Virus record (IMG/VR): IMGVR_UViG_3300020045_007321
Coordinates: 1 to 38,908 of that record
DNA from: a virus
Taxonomy: Duplodnaviria > Caudoviricetes
Length of the DNA stretch: 38,908 nucleotides
Reading direction: 5' to 3' (one strand)
Below, one piece after another: positions 1 to 7,849 of this stretch (position 1 is the stretch's first letter; each line of letters starts with the position of its first letter). A program made the position numbers and the translations under genes. The notes below the pieces were generated by a model. It worked only from the letters and a program-made list of their open reading frames with translations, ran no database searches and was not told the origin of the DNA.

Positions 1-1
1 G

Positions 2-457
2 TTTCAACTGTTCCCATACTTTTCAGCCAATTTAAATATTACTACTACTGCTATTACTACTCCCATAGTTAGTAGAAATAAAATCATTACATTTGCCTTA
101 GGATTAATTTATTTCGTATGGACTCAAATTTCCATATATAGATTAGACAAAAGAAATACGCTATTGCTCCTTGATATTGAAGAGTGGGCAAATGACAGCG
201 AAAGAACTAGAGCAAGGATTAATATTCATAAAGATGAAAATAAAAGGCTATGGCAGATAAACGAGAGTCTAAAGAAAAGACTGGAAGCGGTAAACGAGGA
301 GTTAGCTCTACTATACGAAGCAAGGGAGCAGAAACTAGCGAAACGAAGGCAGGCAGGAAAGATAAAGAGAACAAAGCAAAAGCTAGACAATCTAGCGCAA
401 GATTTCCAGAAGTCGATAAACGAATACAGGCCGGAGCTATGGCAGGAGAAAGCCTAA
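2..457 (+). CDS. Hypothetical protein with a predicted TM helix and coiled coil; 3' part of an ORF probably starting at 38673 if circular
   Basis: The frame of ORF 164..457 is open back to base 2 (FQLFPY...IITFALGLIYFVWTQISIY, then a charged helical region). Confidence 0.55.
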   Translation, partial: FQLFPYFSANLNITTTAITTPIVSRNKIITFALGLIYFVWTQISIYRLDKRNTLLLLDIEEWANDSERTRARINIHKDENKRLWQINESLKKRLEAVNEELALLYEAREQKLAKRRQAGKIKRTKQKLDNLAQDFQKSINEYRPELWQEKA

Positions 458-993
458 TTAACCAATCAAACGCAGCCGGAGTAAAGAAAAGACAATATAC
501 ACGCGAAGAGATAGAAAGCTATTTAGATAGTATATGCGAGTTGATAAGCGAAAAGGGTAAATCCTTAAGGCAGGCTTTAAAGGTCGTGGAGATAGCAGCT
601 AGTACTTTCTATCAGTGGTTAAATGATAATGAGGTAGTCGGAGGATTTGATTTAGAAAATAGTAATCATACTACTGTTGTAGGAGACGTTAGAAAAAAAC
701 AATACGCGCAGGCGTGCGACCTCCGGCAAGAGTTACTATTTGATGAAGTCCTCACTATAGCAGACGACGGAACCAACGATACATACATAAAAGAGATAGG
801 AGATGGTGTAGAGGTAGAGGCTACTAATTACGATGTAATACAACGCTCTAAATTACGTATAGAGGCGCGTCAATGGGCGTTAGGCAAAATGAACCCTAAG
901 AAGTACGGTAGTAAAGTTGAGGCTACTCTGGTAGGAGATGAAAACCGGCCAATAGTGGTAAATCTGGGAGGTGGAGTTAACCCAGAGGATTAA
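439..993 (+). CDS. terS: Terminase small subunit
   Basis: N-terminal HTH (GKSLRQAL...STFYQWL) followed by YAQA...DEVLTIADD...IQRSKLRIEARQWALGKMNPKKYG, typical of Sf6-like TerS. The ATG at 439 overlaps the end of the upstream ORF. Confidence 0.88.
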   Translation: MAGESLINQSNAAGVKKRQYTREEIESYLDSICELISEKGKSLRQALKVVEIAASTFYQWLNDNEVVGGFDLENSNHTTVVGDVRKKQYAQACDLRQELLFDEVLTIADDGTNDTYIKEIGDGVEVEATNYDVIQRSKLRIEARQWALGKMNPKKYGSKVEATLVGDENRPIVVNLGGGVNPED

Positions 994-1036
994 AATGTGC
1001 GGAAACACATAGTACAGATTTAGTTAAACAACGGAA

Positions 1037-1068
1037 AGAGTCTATAGTTAATTCTATAGGCTTTTTTT
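1037..1068 (+). terminator. Intrinsic terminator after terS
   Basis: AGTCTATAG-TTAATT-CTATAGGCT followed by a T-run. Confidence 0.8.
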
Positions 1069-1095
1069 ATTAACAAAACTTTAACATATATTATG

Positions 1096-1126
1096 TTGTG
1101 TAATATAAATAACTGCCTTATATTTG
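1096..1126 (+). promoter_or_regulatory. Repeated phage promoter P1
   Basis: TTGTGTA-N16-TATATTTG (Bacteroidota -33/-7 boxes). Confidence 0.8.
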
Positions 1127-1151
1127 TACTCAGATAACAACAACATTTAAA
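1119..1151 (+). repeat. 33-bp repeat, inverted copy at 11913..11945
   Basis: TATATTTGTACTCAGATAACAACAACATTTAAA is identical to the reverse complement of 11913..11945. Confidence 0.95.
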
Positions 1152-1161
1152 TCATAAAATC

Positions 1162-1392
1162 ATGGCTAATCAAATTTTAACAGTAAGCGACTACAACAAC
1201 ACAATAGACGGCGGTAATGTAATGAAGTTCAGGAACACTGACGGAACGTTAAAAACAAAAGGCTTCGTAGTAACTAACGGCCGCGTTTACCAGTACGCAG
1301 GAAGCAAGGCGAAGGCCGAAGCAATACAAGCAAGCGTAATGAGTGAAGAAGTAACGTGCGGAGTTAGCGGTGTAGAATCTTGGAATAACTAA
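1162..1392 (+). CDS. Hypothetical protein (76 aa), first gene of cassette P1
   Basis: ORF directly after the promoter, with an A-rich leader (AATCATG). Confidence 0.75.
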   Translation: MANQILTVSDYNNTIDGGNVMKFRNTDGTLKTKGFVVTNGRVYQYAGSKAKAEAIQASVMSEEVTCGVSGVESWNN

Positions 1393-1404
1393 AAAAAATA
1401 ACAA

Positions 1405-1428
1405 GCCCTCTTTAACCGGAGGGCTAAA
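1405..1428 (+). repeat. GC-rich hairpin, near-identical inverted copy at 11613..11635
   Basis: GCCCTCTTTAA-CCG-GAGGGCTAAA here versus GCCCTCTTTAA-TG-GAGGGCTAAA on the minus strand. Confidence 0.9.
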
Positions 1429-1443
1429 AAATAAATTAATATT

Positions 1444-1776
1444 ATGAAAACAATTGAATTTTATTTAGAAGGTGTAAAGTATAGGGTTGAGTTTAAGAGA
1501 GTTCAATCTTGGGTATTTTTTAGGAGAGATAAGTTCCGTAGTATAAATACTATATGCTATATCTCTATTTTTCACATGGGAGAGTTTGTTTTAGTATCTC
1601 ACTGCAAAGTAAAAAAGGCATCGTGTGATAATGATAATCCGGAATTTGCTTATAGACTAACTCTAAGTAAAGCTATAAAGCAGAACTTTAATAAAAGGGA
1701 GCGTACTATTATAATGAATATGAATCTAGCTCACACAGCTGCGATAATGTTCGATATAGACAAAATAGAATGCTAA
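1444..1776 (+). CDS. Hypothetical protein (110 aa)
   Basis: ORF track; ATTATG start context. Confidence 0.7.
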   Translation: MKTIEFYLEGVKYRVEFKRVQSWVFFRRDKFRSINTICYISIFHMGEFVLVSHCKVKKASCDNDNPEFAYRLTLSKAIKQNFNKRERTIIMNMNLAHTAAIMFDIDKIEC

Positions 1777-1931
1777 CCTATAAACAAGGCGTTGTAACGC
1801 ATGTTTATAACGATGGTGTACAAATAGGTCAGATTATTAACGTGCGTGGCAAATACGCCTACTATCCGCTTAACGGAGACTACAGGAGTAGGTTATACGA
1901 CACAGTAGAACAAGTAAAAGAAACATTATGA
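1770..1931 (+). CDS. Hypothetical protein (53 aa, MLTYKQGVVTHVYNDG...)
   Basis: Translated by hand; overlaps the upstream stop and the downstream start (ATGA coupling). Confidence 0.65.
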   Translation: MLTYKQGVVTHVYNDGVQIGQIINVRGKYAYYPLNGDYRSRLYDTVEQVKETL

Positions 1932-2443
1932 TAACAAAACAACAGGCAGCAACCTTATACGCTTATGATTATAAGCTACAAGATAAAGAGGGTAAAAAAT
2001 GGGGTATTGTAGGAGTATTAGAAGGAATTATTCTATTATATGGGTCAAAAGTGAATGATGATAAATATATATCATTTGACCAAATAGGCACCGACTACAA
2101 AATACTATGTCGCCCTTTTAGTGACCTCACTAAAGAAATTAAAGGTATTGGTGTGCCTATAGTTGAACTGGCAAAAATAAATAGAGGCGAAAACATAGAA
2201 ATAAACGATTACGGAATGTCTATCGATGGTAGCTTTTATTATTGTGAGATAAAAAATTCAAACAAACTAAGGAATATAATATTTGATGAGTACGGAGATT
2301 TTCATCATACATTGGTTAATTATATAGAGCCAAGATTTAACGGTACTCAAAAAATAACTGAACAAGAAGCCTTATTCAATTGGCTCGATGCCCACCACTT
2401 TTTAAGAGGTGTAGAACCTGAAAACTTAATTTATATAGAATAG
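1928..2443 (+). CDS. Hypothetical phage protein (171 aa)
   Basis: ORF track; the K-ILCRPFSDLTKEI...WLDAHHF pattern resembles Bacteroidota phage hypotheticals. Confidence 0.75.
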   Translation: MITKQQAATLYAYDYKLQDKEGKKWGIVGVLEGIILLYGSKVNDDKYISFDQIGTDYKILCRPFSDLTKEIKGIGVPIVELAKINRGENIEINDYGMSIDGSFYYCEIKNSNKLRNIIFDEYGDFHHTLVNYIEPRFNGTQKITEQEALFNWLDAHHFLRGVEPENLIYIE

Positions 2444-2445
2444 TT

Positions 2446-2568
2446 ATGAAAGAAGGAATAGAATTTATAGAGCTAATAGCTTTTGGATTTTTAATAATCA
2501 CTTTCTATGCATTAATTTTAAAATTTATCTTTTGGCTAGTAAAAATAAATAAAAATAATGTTGTGTAA
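2446..2568 (+). CDS. Small membrane peptide (40 aa)
   Basis: MKEGIEFIELIAFGFLIITFYALILKFIFWLVKINKNNVV; starts 2 nt after the upstream stop. Confidence 0.55.
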   Translation: MKEGIEFIELIAFGFLIITFYALILKFIFWLVKINKNNVV

Positions 2569-2590
2569 TTAAAATAAAGTATTATCTTTG
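2561..2590 (+). promoter_or_regulatory. Repeated phage promoter P2
   Basis: TTGTGTA-N15-TATCTTTG; 2558..2599 is 41/42 identical to 38019..38060. Confidence 0.8.
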
Positions 2591-2613
2591 CTAAACAATA
2601 ATAAAATAAGACA

Positions 2614-3120
2614 ATGAGAATCAATAAAACACAGGCCGGAAATATAGCGGCACAATTATTAACAGCAAAAGCTGTAGAAATAAAAGAACTAAAAAGACAA
2701 CTTAGTGAATTGGCTACAGAAATACATGTAAATAACATACCTCTAGCTGTTAGGGAGTTATTTGCTTTTAATCCTCATTATTTTACTCAGACAAGTAGAT
2801 TAAAAGTTTTTGATAACGGGTTTTCAGGAGAAGAGATTATTTTAACAAAATATGTACCTTCAAAAAATGACAGCTTTACAGCCTCTATAAATATAAACGA
2901 AACTTTAGCAAAACCTTTAAGAGCTTTATTCGATAGAGTCGAATCTAAAGAATCTGAGTATAAAAATCTATGCAAAGATTTAGAAAACGCTATTTATAAT
3001 TTACGAACACCGGCTAAACTTGTAGAGGCATTCCCAGAGGCCGCTAACTGGGTGGAGATAGATAAAAAACCAGATGCAGTAGCTATAAGCATTCAAACAT
3101 TAAGAGAGCGTTTAAAATAA
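2614..3120 (+). CDS. Nmad5-like (nucleotide modification associated domain 5) protein
   Basis: N-terminal MRINK..., C-terminal LRTPAKLVEAFPEA motif and overall size resemble the Nmad5 family (recognised by eye). Confidence 0.6.
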   Translation: MRINKTQAGNIAAQLLTAKAVEIKELKRQLSELATEIHVNNIPLAVRELFAFNPHYFTQTSRLKVFDNGFSGEEIILTKYVPSKNDSFTASININETLAKPLRALFDRVESKESEYKNLCKDLENAIYNLRTPAKLVEAFPEAANWVEIDKKPDAVAISIQTLRERLK

Positions 3121-3125
3121 AAATT

Positions 3126-3443
3126 ATGTACACAGGTAAATATTTAATAACTACTGACTCATGGTTTGTGGCTCCGGATGGACTACAATACAGAGCTGTA
3201 TATGGAGAGTGCAAATGTTTTAACGACAAAGATACTCTAGGCATAAGTACTAACGCTAGGAGCGCAAACTGGTATGTAAGGGTTGGTAGTGATGAATCGC
3301 ATATAATTATTGCAGGATGCCAAATACATTACGCTATAAAGCCTTTTGATAGGCCAAACGAGGATTCGACTTTAGATTATAATATTGTAAACGGAGAGAG
3401 GATAGATACATTGATACCTTGTAAAATATTCTTTTTAGAATGA
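3126..3443 (+). CDS. Conserved phage hypothetical protein (105 aa)
   Basis: LITTDSWFVAPDG.QYRAVYG...IAGCQIHYA motif, which I recall from phage hypotheticals. Confidence 0.75.
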   Translation: MYTGKYLITTDSWFVAPDGLQYRAVYGECKCFNDKDTLGISTNARSANWYVRVGSDESHIIIAGCQIHYAIKPFDRPNEDSTLDYNIVNGERIDTLIPCKIFFLE

Positions 3444-3748
3444 TTGTGCTATTAGTAATATTTATTTTAAAGCGCTTTAAGACACTTAAAAGTAAAAGTA
3501 ACATAAACTTATCAAACATAAATAATAATTAAACACGAGGCTTTAAAACGCCATTTAACATCATGTACAGACCAAGACCACCAACTGAAAAGTAAAAGAA
3601 GCTAAACTTTATAATAAGGCAATATAGAAAAAATAAGATGAATAATAAAGCCCTTACGTAGCTAAGGCTAAGGCATGGAAAGCCTTAAATGTATTTTAAT
3701 TTAAAAAAGCAACCGTATGAAATAAAAATAGTGTTTATTAAAGGGTAA

Positions 3749-3783
3749 GAGCCGCCTTCAGTTAATTCTGGGGGCGGCTTTTT
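3749..3783 (+). terminator. Intrinsic terminator
   Basis: GAGCCGCCTTCAG-TTAATT-CTGGGGGCGGCTT followed by a T-run. Confidence 0.85.
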
Positions 3784-3813
3784 ATTTTAACATAAATTTA
3801 ACATTTAATTATG

Positions 3814-3843
3814 TTGTGTAATTAAATTAGTGTTGTATATTTG
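3814..3843 (+). promoter_or_regulatory. Repeated phage promoter P3
   Basis: TTGTGTA-N15-TATATTTG. Confidence 0.8.
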
Positions 3844-3873
3844 TACCAGTAATAACAACAAAAATTAATCATT

Positions 3874-4059
3874 ATGAAAACTACAATAACTAGAACAAGT
3901 GAAATAGCGTTTATAAAAACACTTACGAATGAAAAAGGAGGTTCTTTTTCAATAACTATTTTAAAAGGCAGTACCGATTATTCAAACGCCTGCTCTTTGT
4001 TTCATAAAGAAAACATAGAAATAGCTTTAGGTAATTATATAACATATTATATAAATTAA
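3874..4059 (+). CDS. Hypothetical protein (61 aa)
   Basis: First ORF after P3. Confidence 0.7.
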   Translation: MKTTITRTSEIAFIKTLTNEKGGSFSITILKGSTDYSNACSLFHKENIEIALGNYITYYIN

Positions 4060-4061
4060 TC

Positions 4062-4253
4062 ATGAAAGAAGTAACTAAAGAAGAGTATCAAAAATCATTC
4101 ATAGGTAGAGATGCTGTTTTGAATTTAACCGGTATGTATCCTTATACTGCTGAATGGCGTTTAAGAGGCTCTGGTACTCTTATTGCTAAAAGCGTAGAGC
4201 AATTTGTAGCCGGTTCCAAATACCATACTGAAGTTAAATATTATATAAATTAA
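4062..4253 (+). CDS. Hypothetical protein (63 aa)
   Basis: ORF track; tightly packed. Confidence 0.7.
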   Translation: MKEVTKEEYQKSFIGRDAVLNLTGMYPYTAEWRLRGSGTLIAKSVEQFVAGSKYHTEVKYYIN

Positions 4254-4257
4254 AATT

Positions 4258-4521
4258 ATGGAAGGATTAGATTTATTTAGATATTACTCCCTATTAGGGT
4301 TTGATGTTTGTTTTACTTCTTTGTGCGGTAAAGACGCTATAAGGATGGTAAAAAGATGGAGTTATCAGGCTAACAGAGCTTTGATATCTGAGCAAATTGT
4401 AGATACCTCAGAACTTAAAAGGCTTAGAGAGGTTTTAGAATGGATGTATTTGGATATTATAAAACAGGAAAATACCGGAAATTATCACGAATCATTAGAG
4501 GATTATTTAACAAAAATATAA
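4258..4521 (+). CDS. Hypothetical protein (87 aa)
   Basis: ORF track; tightly packed. Confidence 0.7.
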   Translation: MEGLDLFRYYSLLGFDVCFTSLCGKDAIRMVKRWSYQANRALISEQIVDTSELKRLREVLEWMYLDIIKQENTGNYHESLEDYLTKI

Positions 4522-4528
4522 TTTCATT

Positions 4529-4744
4529 ATGTATAAAGAATTAAATATACACGAAAAAATAAACGTAAGAACGTATTTGTCTGCTTATAGGCATTATGAT
4601 AAATCATGGAGGCTAGACCCATGCAAAAGAGTAAGAGAGGGTTATGGAAGTTTTGACGAGAAAGACCCTCATAGGTTAGCTCCTTACGTTTTTAATCCAT
4701 ACTGGAACAATAGCAAGGAACATAAATTTGCTGTTAAATTTTAA
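4529..4744 (+). CDS. Hypothetical protein (71 aa)
   Basis: ORF track; tightly packed. Confidence 0.7.
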   Translation: MYKELNIHEKINVRTYLSAYRHYDKSWRLDPCKRVREGYGSFDEKDPHRLAPYVFNPYWNNSKEHKFAVKF

Positions 4745-4755
4745 CAAAATATAAG

Positions 4756-4785
4756 TTGTGTATTTAAAATAAACACTTATATTTG
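4756..4785 (+). promoter_or_regulatory. Repeated phage promoter P4
   Basis: TTGTGTA-N15-TATATTTG. Confidence 0.8.
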
Positions 4786-4872
4786 CTTTATAATTAAAAT
4801 CAATTTTATGAAAAAAGATATTTTCGTTTACAAGTTTAAAGGTACAGGGCACTAACAAAACAGAGAAGCCTG

Positions 4873-5115
4873 TTGAGAGAAAAGTATTTTACCCTCCCTT
4901 TATTTATAAGGTCAAAATATACTTGGGAAGAGTACGCTATAAAGGCCGATATTGCATGGATAAAATATATGGAGTCTGTTTTTAATGTTAATAAAAAAAT
5001 AAACATTAAGTCTAATTTAGGTTTAAATTATAGAAATACTATGAAAATACCTTATGAACATGAAAGTGTTTTTTATTCTAGCCTAAAAGAGTATTATGAA
5101 CAACCTAAATTTTAA
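4873..5115 (+). CDS. Hypothetical protein (start uncertain; possibly frameshifted from ATG 4808)
   Basis: TTG-start ORF. The well-placed ATG at 4808 gives only 15 codons in another frame. Confidence 0.5.
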   Translation: MREKYFTLPLFIRSKYTWEEYAIKADIAWIKYMESVFNVNKKINIKSNLGLNYRNTMKIPYEHESVFYSSLKEYYEQPKF

Positions 5116-5118
5116 CAT

Positions 5119-5352
5119 ATGCAATCAGATTTAAACAAAGCGTTAACCAGAACAGAAACTAGGTTAAAATATATAAAACAAGTATCTCTTTTAGGAGGTA
5201 CTGGTATAATTAAAATAACGTTATACGATAGCCTAGGAGACAAGGATTTTAAAAAGCTGTTAAACACTATAGCCGCTAAATATGGCAGGCTTACAGGAGA
5301 TGGTATTACCTTGGCTCCTAACTTATCCGTTAAAATTTTAAATAAAAAGTAA
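5119..5352 (+). CDS. Hypothetical protein (77 aa)
   Basis: ORF track. Confidence 0.7.
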   Translation: MQSDLNKALTRTETRLKYIKQVSLLGGTGIIKITLYDSLGDKDFKKLLNTIAAKYGRLTGDGITLAPNLSVKILNKK

Positions 5353-5531
5353 TGAATACACAAGGCCATAAATTACAGCATTACATTGATGTAGTTAAAA
5401 ATTACTGGAAAGATGCAGATATAAGAGAGCATATTATAAAGTTCTTTGCTAACGTAATGTATCAAAGAAATATGATAACCTCCGAATCGATAGATTATTT
5501 ACAAAAGTTAAGGATAGCGCGTGTTAAATAA
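5352..5531 (+). CDS. Hypothetical protein (59 aa, MNTQGHKLQHYIDVVKNYW...)
   Basis: Translated by hand; TAATG coupling with the upstream gene, followed by a terminator. Confidence 0.65.
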   Translation: MNTQGHKLQHYIDVVKNYWKDADIREHIIKFFANVMYQRNMITSESIDYLQKLRIARVK

Positions 5532-5540
5532 TGAAATAAT

Positions 5541-5577
5541 AACGCTACAGTATTACACTAATATTGTAGCGTTTTTT
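5541..5577 (+). terminator. Intrinsic terminator
   Basis: AACGCTACAGTATTA-CAC-TAATATTGTAGCGTT followed by a T-run. Confidence 0.75.
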
Positions 5578-5678
5578 CTATCTAAAAGAAAATCTTTAGA
5601 CTGCATTACTCGAATATCTGAAGTATGTTTTTACGCGCATTACAGCGAAATAGAAACGATTAAATTATGTAAATCAAT

Positions 5679-6098
5679 ATGATGAACATAAGCGAACAAA
5701 AGAAAAAGGCGGGCGAATATTGTTGCGCTCATGGGTGTTACAGTATGCCGGTACTAAAAAAGGGCGGTCTTTGTCACAAGCATTACAGGATAAAATGTAA
5801 AGAGCGTGACCCCGTTCAGATAAGATACAATGAATTTGTACACAATGCTAGAAAACGAGGTAAAGAGAAGGTTATTACTCTTGCTCAATTTAGAGCGTTT
5901 TGCGACGATACAGGATATTACCTAACAAAAGCCATGAGAGGCAATAAAGTAACGCTAGATAGGCCTAAAAACTGGCTAGGATACAGCATATATAATATAC
6001 AATTGCTTTCCGGAGTAGATAACATTAAAAAGTATTGGCAGCATGATAGGCCGGAAGGTTTTTTAGTACCTGATAATTATACTCCTCCATCTTTATAG
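5679..6098 (+). CDS. Putative HNH/His-Me finger endonuclease with N-terminal Cys/His zinc motif
   Basis: C..GC...LC.KH at the N-terminus; ARKRG...TLDR...GY...NIQ.....N..K core. Confidence 0.65.
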   Translation: MMNISEQKKKAGEYCCAHGCYSMPVLKKGGLCHKHYRIKCKERDPVQIRYNEFVHNARKRGKEKVITLAQFRAFCDDTGYYLTKAMRGNKVTLDRPKNWLGYSIYNIQLLSGVDNIKKYWQHDRPEGFLVPDNYTPPSL

Positions 6099-6117
6099 CC
6101 GTTCGATTTACCATTTT

Positions 6118-6144
6118 AAACACTCTTTTTAGGGTGTTTTTTTT
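6118..6144 (+). terminator. Intrinsic terminator
   Basis: AAACACTCT-TTTT-AGGGTGTTT followed by a T-run. Confidence 0.75.
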
Positions 6145-6171
6145 ATTTTAAAAACTTTAACATATATTATG

Positions 6172-6201
6172 TTGTGTATATTAAATATATTTCTATCTTT
6201 G
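6172..6201 (+). promoter_or_regulatory. Repeated phage promoter P5
   Basis: TTGTGTA-N15-TATCTTTG; 6151..6178 is identical to 1075..1102. Confidence 0.8.
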
Positions 6202-6231
6202 CTAAACAATTAATCATTAAAAAATTTAATC

Positions 6232-6432
6232 ATGGAAACTATAGAGATTAAAAACGTACATCAAATAATTAATGTTAGAGCTAATATAGTTAATTGCAGA
6301 CTTAAAGACGGTCGTAAACAAAGTAACAGGCTTGTGCAATGCCCTTACAATAGAGATTTTGATTACTGGAAAATATCTCCATTTGTTCATGGAAATAATG
6401 GCAGAAATTACTTAAGAGAAGATATTAAATAA
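6232..6432 (+). CDS. Hypothetical protein (66 aa)
   Basis: First ORF after P5; AATCATG start. Confidence 0.7.
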   Translation: METIEIKNVHQIINVRANIVNCRLKDGRKQSNRLVQCPYNRDFDYWKISPFVHGNNGRNYLREDIK

Positions 6433-6451
6433 ACAATAAAAAATTTTAATC

Positions 6452-6646
6452 ATGGAAGCTAAGCAGGGAGTTAAAGAAATTAGAAACAATTTTATAGCTA
6501 AAAATAATTATGGCGGTTGTCTAAATTCGATAGTGCAAGATAACGGAAATACTTTATTTGAATGGAGGATAAACAGAGATAACAATGAGCTTTGTATCAT
6601 TGAGTTTTCCGAATACAAAGCTTATGTTTTTGAATTTAAAAGATAA
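6452..6646 (+). CDS. Hypothetical protein (64 aa)
   Basis: ORF track; TTTAATCATGG start. Confidence 0.7.
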   Translation: MEAKQGVKEIRNNFIAKNNYGGCLNSIVQDNGNTLFEWRINRDNNELCIIEFSEYKAYVFEFKR

Positions 6647-6652
6647 TCAATC

Positions 6653-6997
6653 ATGGAAAAAAGACAATTACCAGAGGGTTTAACTTATTTAAAATTATAC
6701 CTTCAATTAAAAGAACAGGGAATACCAGAATTTGATAATACAAATAATCCGGCTATAATGGTTAGAGGTATGAATGATACATTGTATTTGTCAGAAGTTG
6801 CTAAGTGTGCTATAGATGAAATTTTAGACGTGGTTATAGATTTAGTAGCGTCTGAAGAGCTTACACATATGTTAAATGTTTCGTCTAGGGAACACATTAG
6901 AAATTACATACATGCTCCTAAGGCGGCTAGTTTATACAGCGAGCTATTACATTTTGAAAGAAAGTTAATAACCCTTAAATCTGTATTAAATGGCTAG
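6653..6997 (+). CDS. Hypothetical protein (114 aa)
   Basis: ORF track. Confidence 0.7.
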   Translation: MEKRQLPEGLTYLKLYLQLKEQGIPEFDNTNNPAIMVRGMNDTLYLSEVAKCAIDEILDVVIDLVASEELTHMLNVSSREHIRNYIHAPKAASLYSELLHFERKLITLKSVLNG

Positions 6998-7205
6998 CAA
7001 AAAACTTTCAGAAATTATAGATAAAGCCACTAGGCTAGGCTATAAAGTTAAATTTGAATCTTTCGCGCTGCAATTGAGTACGGAGATTACAGATAAAGAC
7101 CACCCAGAGGTAAGTAATAGGCAGTTATTGCCTTATGACAGGTTAACCGATGCAAGACTAATTAATCAAATACAATGGCAGCTAGCCAATTTAAAAAACG
7201 AATAA
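6990..7205 (+). CDS. Hypothetical protein (71 aa)
   Basis: ORF track; overlaps the upstream stop. Confidence 0.7.
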   Translation: MASKKLSEIIDKATRLGYKVKFESFALQLSTEITDKDHPEVSNRQLLPYDRLTDARLINQIQWQLANLKNE

Positions 7206-7206
7206 G

Positions 7207-7506
7207 ATGAAAATCAGAAAATTATCAGAATTATATTTACTACTTAACAGTAGTGTAATGCATTTTACTACTGAAGATTGGGAATTTGGCCTTTGTTATG
7301 AAGGCTATATTCTAATGGAAGAATCAATTTTTAACAAAAAAGAAAGGGATATTCTACAAAACGATATACAGTATTTTATGCCTAAAAGGACTTGTTTTTC
7401 TCCTATTGATTCTCTGTACGGTTGGCCGCTTGACGAGCAGGGATATAAAGACAGGAAAGAATTTTTAAAAACCAGAATAACAGAATTACAAAATGAAGGA
7501 CTTTAA
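7207..7506 (+). CDS. Hypothetical protein (99 aa)
   Basis: ORF track. Confidence 0.7.
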   Translation: MKIRKLSELYLLLNSSVMHFTTEDWEFGLCYEGYILMEESIFNKKERDILQNDIQYFMPKRTCFSPIDSLYGWPLDEQGYKDRKEFLKTRITELQNEGL

Positions 7507-7744
7507 AGTTATAATAGCTCGTATGCCGGCAGAAAGTACTGCTAGGCTAGTAGATTATTTTGATACAGCAGAGCAGGCTCTAGATATGATTAATAATTGC
7601 TTAAACAATCCTTTAGGAGCTGATTATAAATGTAAAGATGTTACTTTATTGTCTTTACATAACGGCCTTTACGCTTGCTTGTATGAGCGAAGGATATCCG
7701 GTGTACTTATGAATTGCTATATGCCTGTAGAATATTACCAATAA
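7493..7744 (+). CDS. Hypothetical protein (83 aa)
   Basis: ORF track; followed by a terminator. Confidence 0.7.
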   Translation: MKDFKVIIARMPAESTARLVDYFDTAEQALDMINNCLNNPLGADYKCKDVTLLSLHNGLYACLYERRISGVLMNCYMPVEYYQ

Positions 7745-7747
7745 CAC

Positions 7748-7770
7748 AAAGCTCCTAACGGGGCTTTTTT
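7748..7770 (+). terminator. Intrinsic terminator
   Basis: AAAGCTCC-TAAC-GGGGCTTT followed by a T-run. Confidence 0.8.
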
Positions 7771-7794
7771 ATTTGTTAAATTTTAATATTTATT

Positions 7795-7824
7795 TTGTGT
7801 ATATAAATAATAGTATTATATTTG
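7795..7824 (+). promoter_or_regulatory. Repeated phage promoter P6
   Basis: TTGTGTA-N15-TATATTTG. Confidence 0.8.
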
Positions 7825-7849
7825 TACAACAATTAAAAACAAATTAATA

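Noticed and set aside
4-87. Minus-strand 27-aa hydrophobic ORF (MILFLLTMGVVIAVVVIFKLAEKYGNS), toxin-like
   Set aside because: It is antisense to an open plus-strand frame, arises from ACT/GTA triplet repeats, and has no clear promoter. Not excluded, but unsupported.
250-438. N-terminal extension of TerS in the ORF track
   Set aside because: It overlaps the upstream ORF in another frame and is low-complexity. ATG 439 fits TerS size and gene coupling.
1075-7824. Recurrent ~30-40 bp repeats as a CRISPR array
   Set aside because: Spacing is 0.9-1.6 kb with genes in between, the repeats match promoter consensus, and no cas genes are present.
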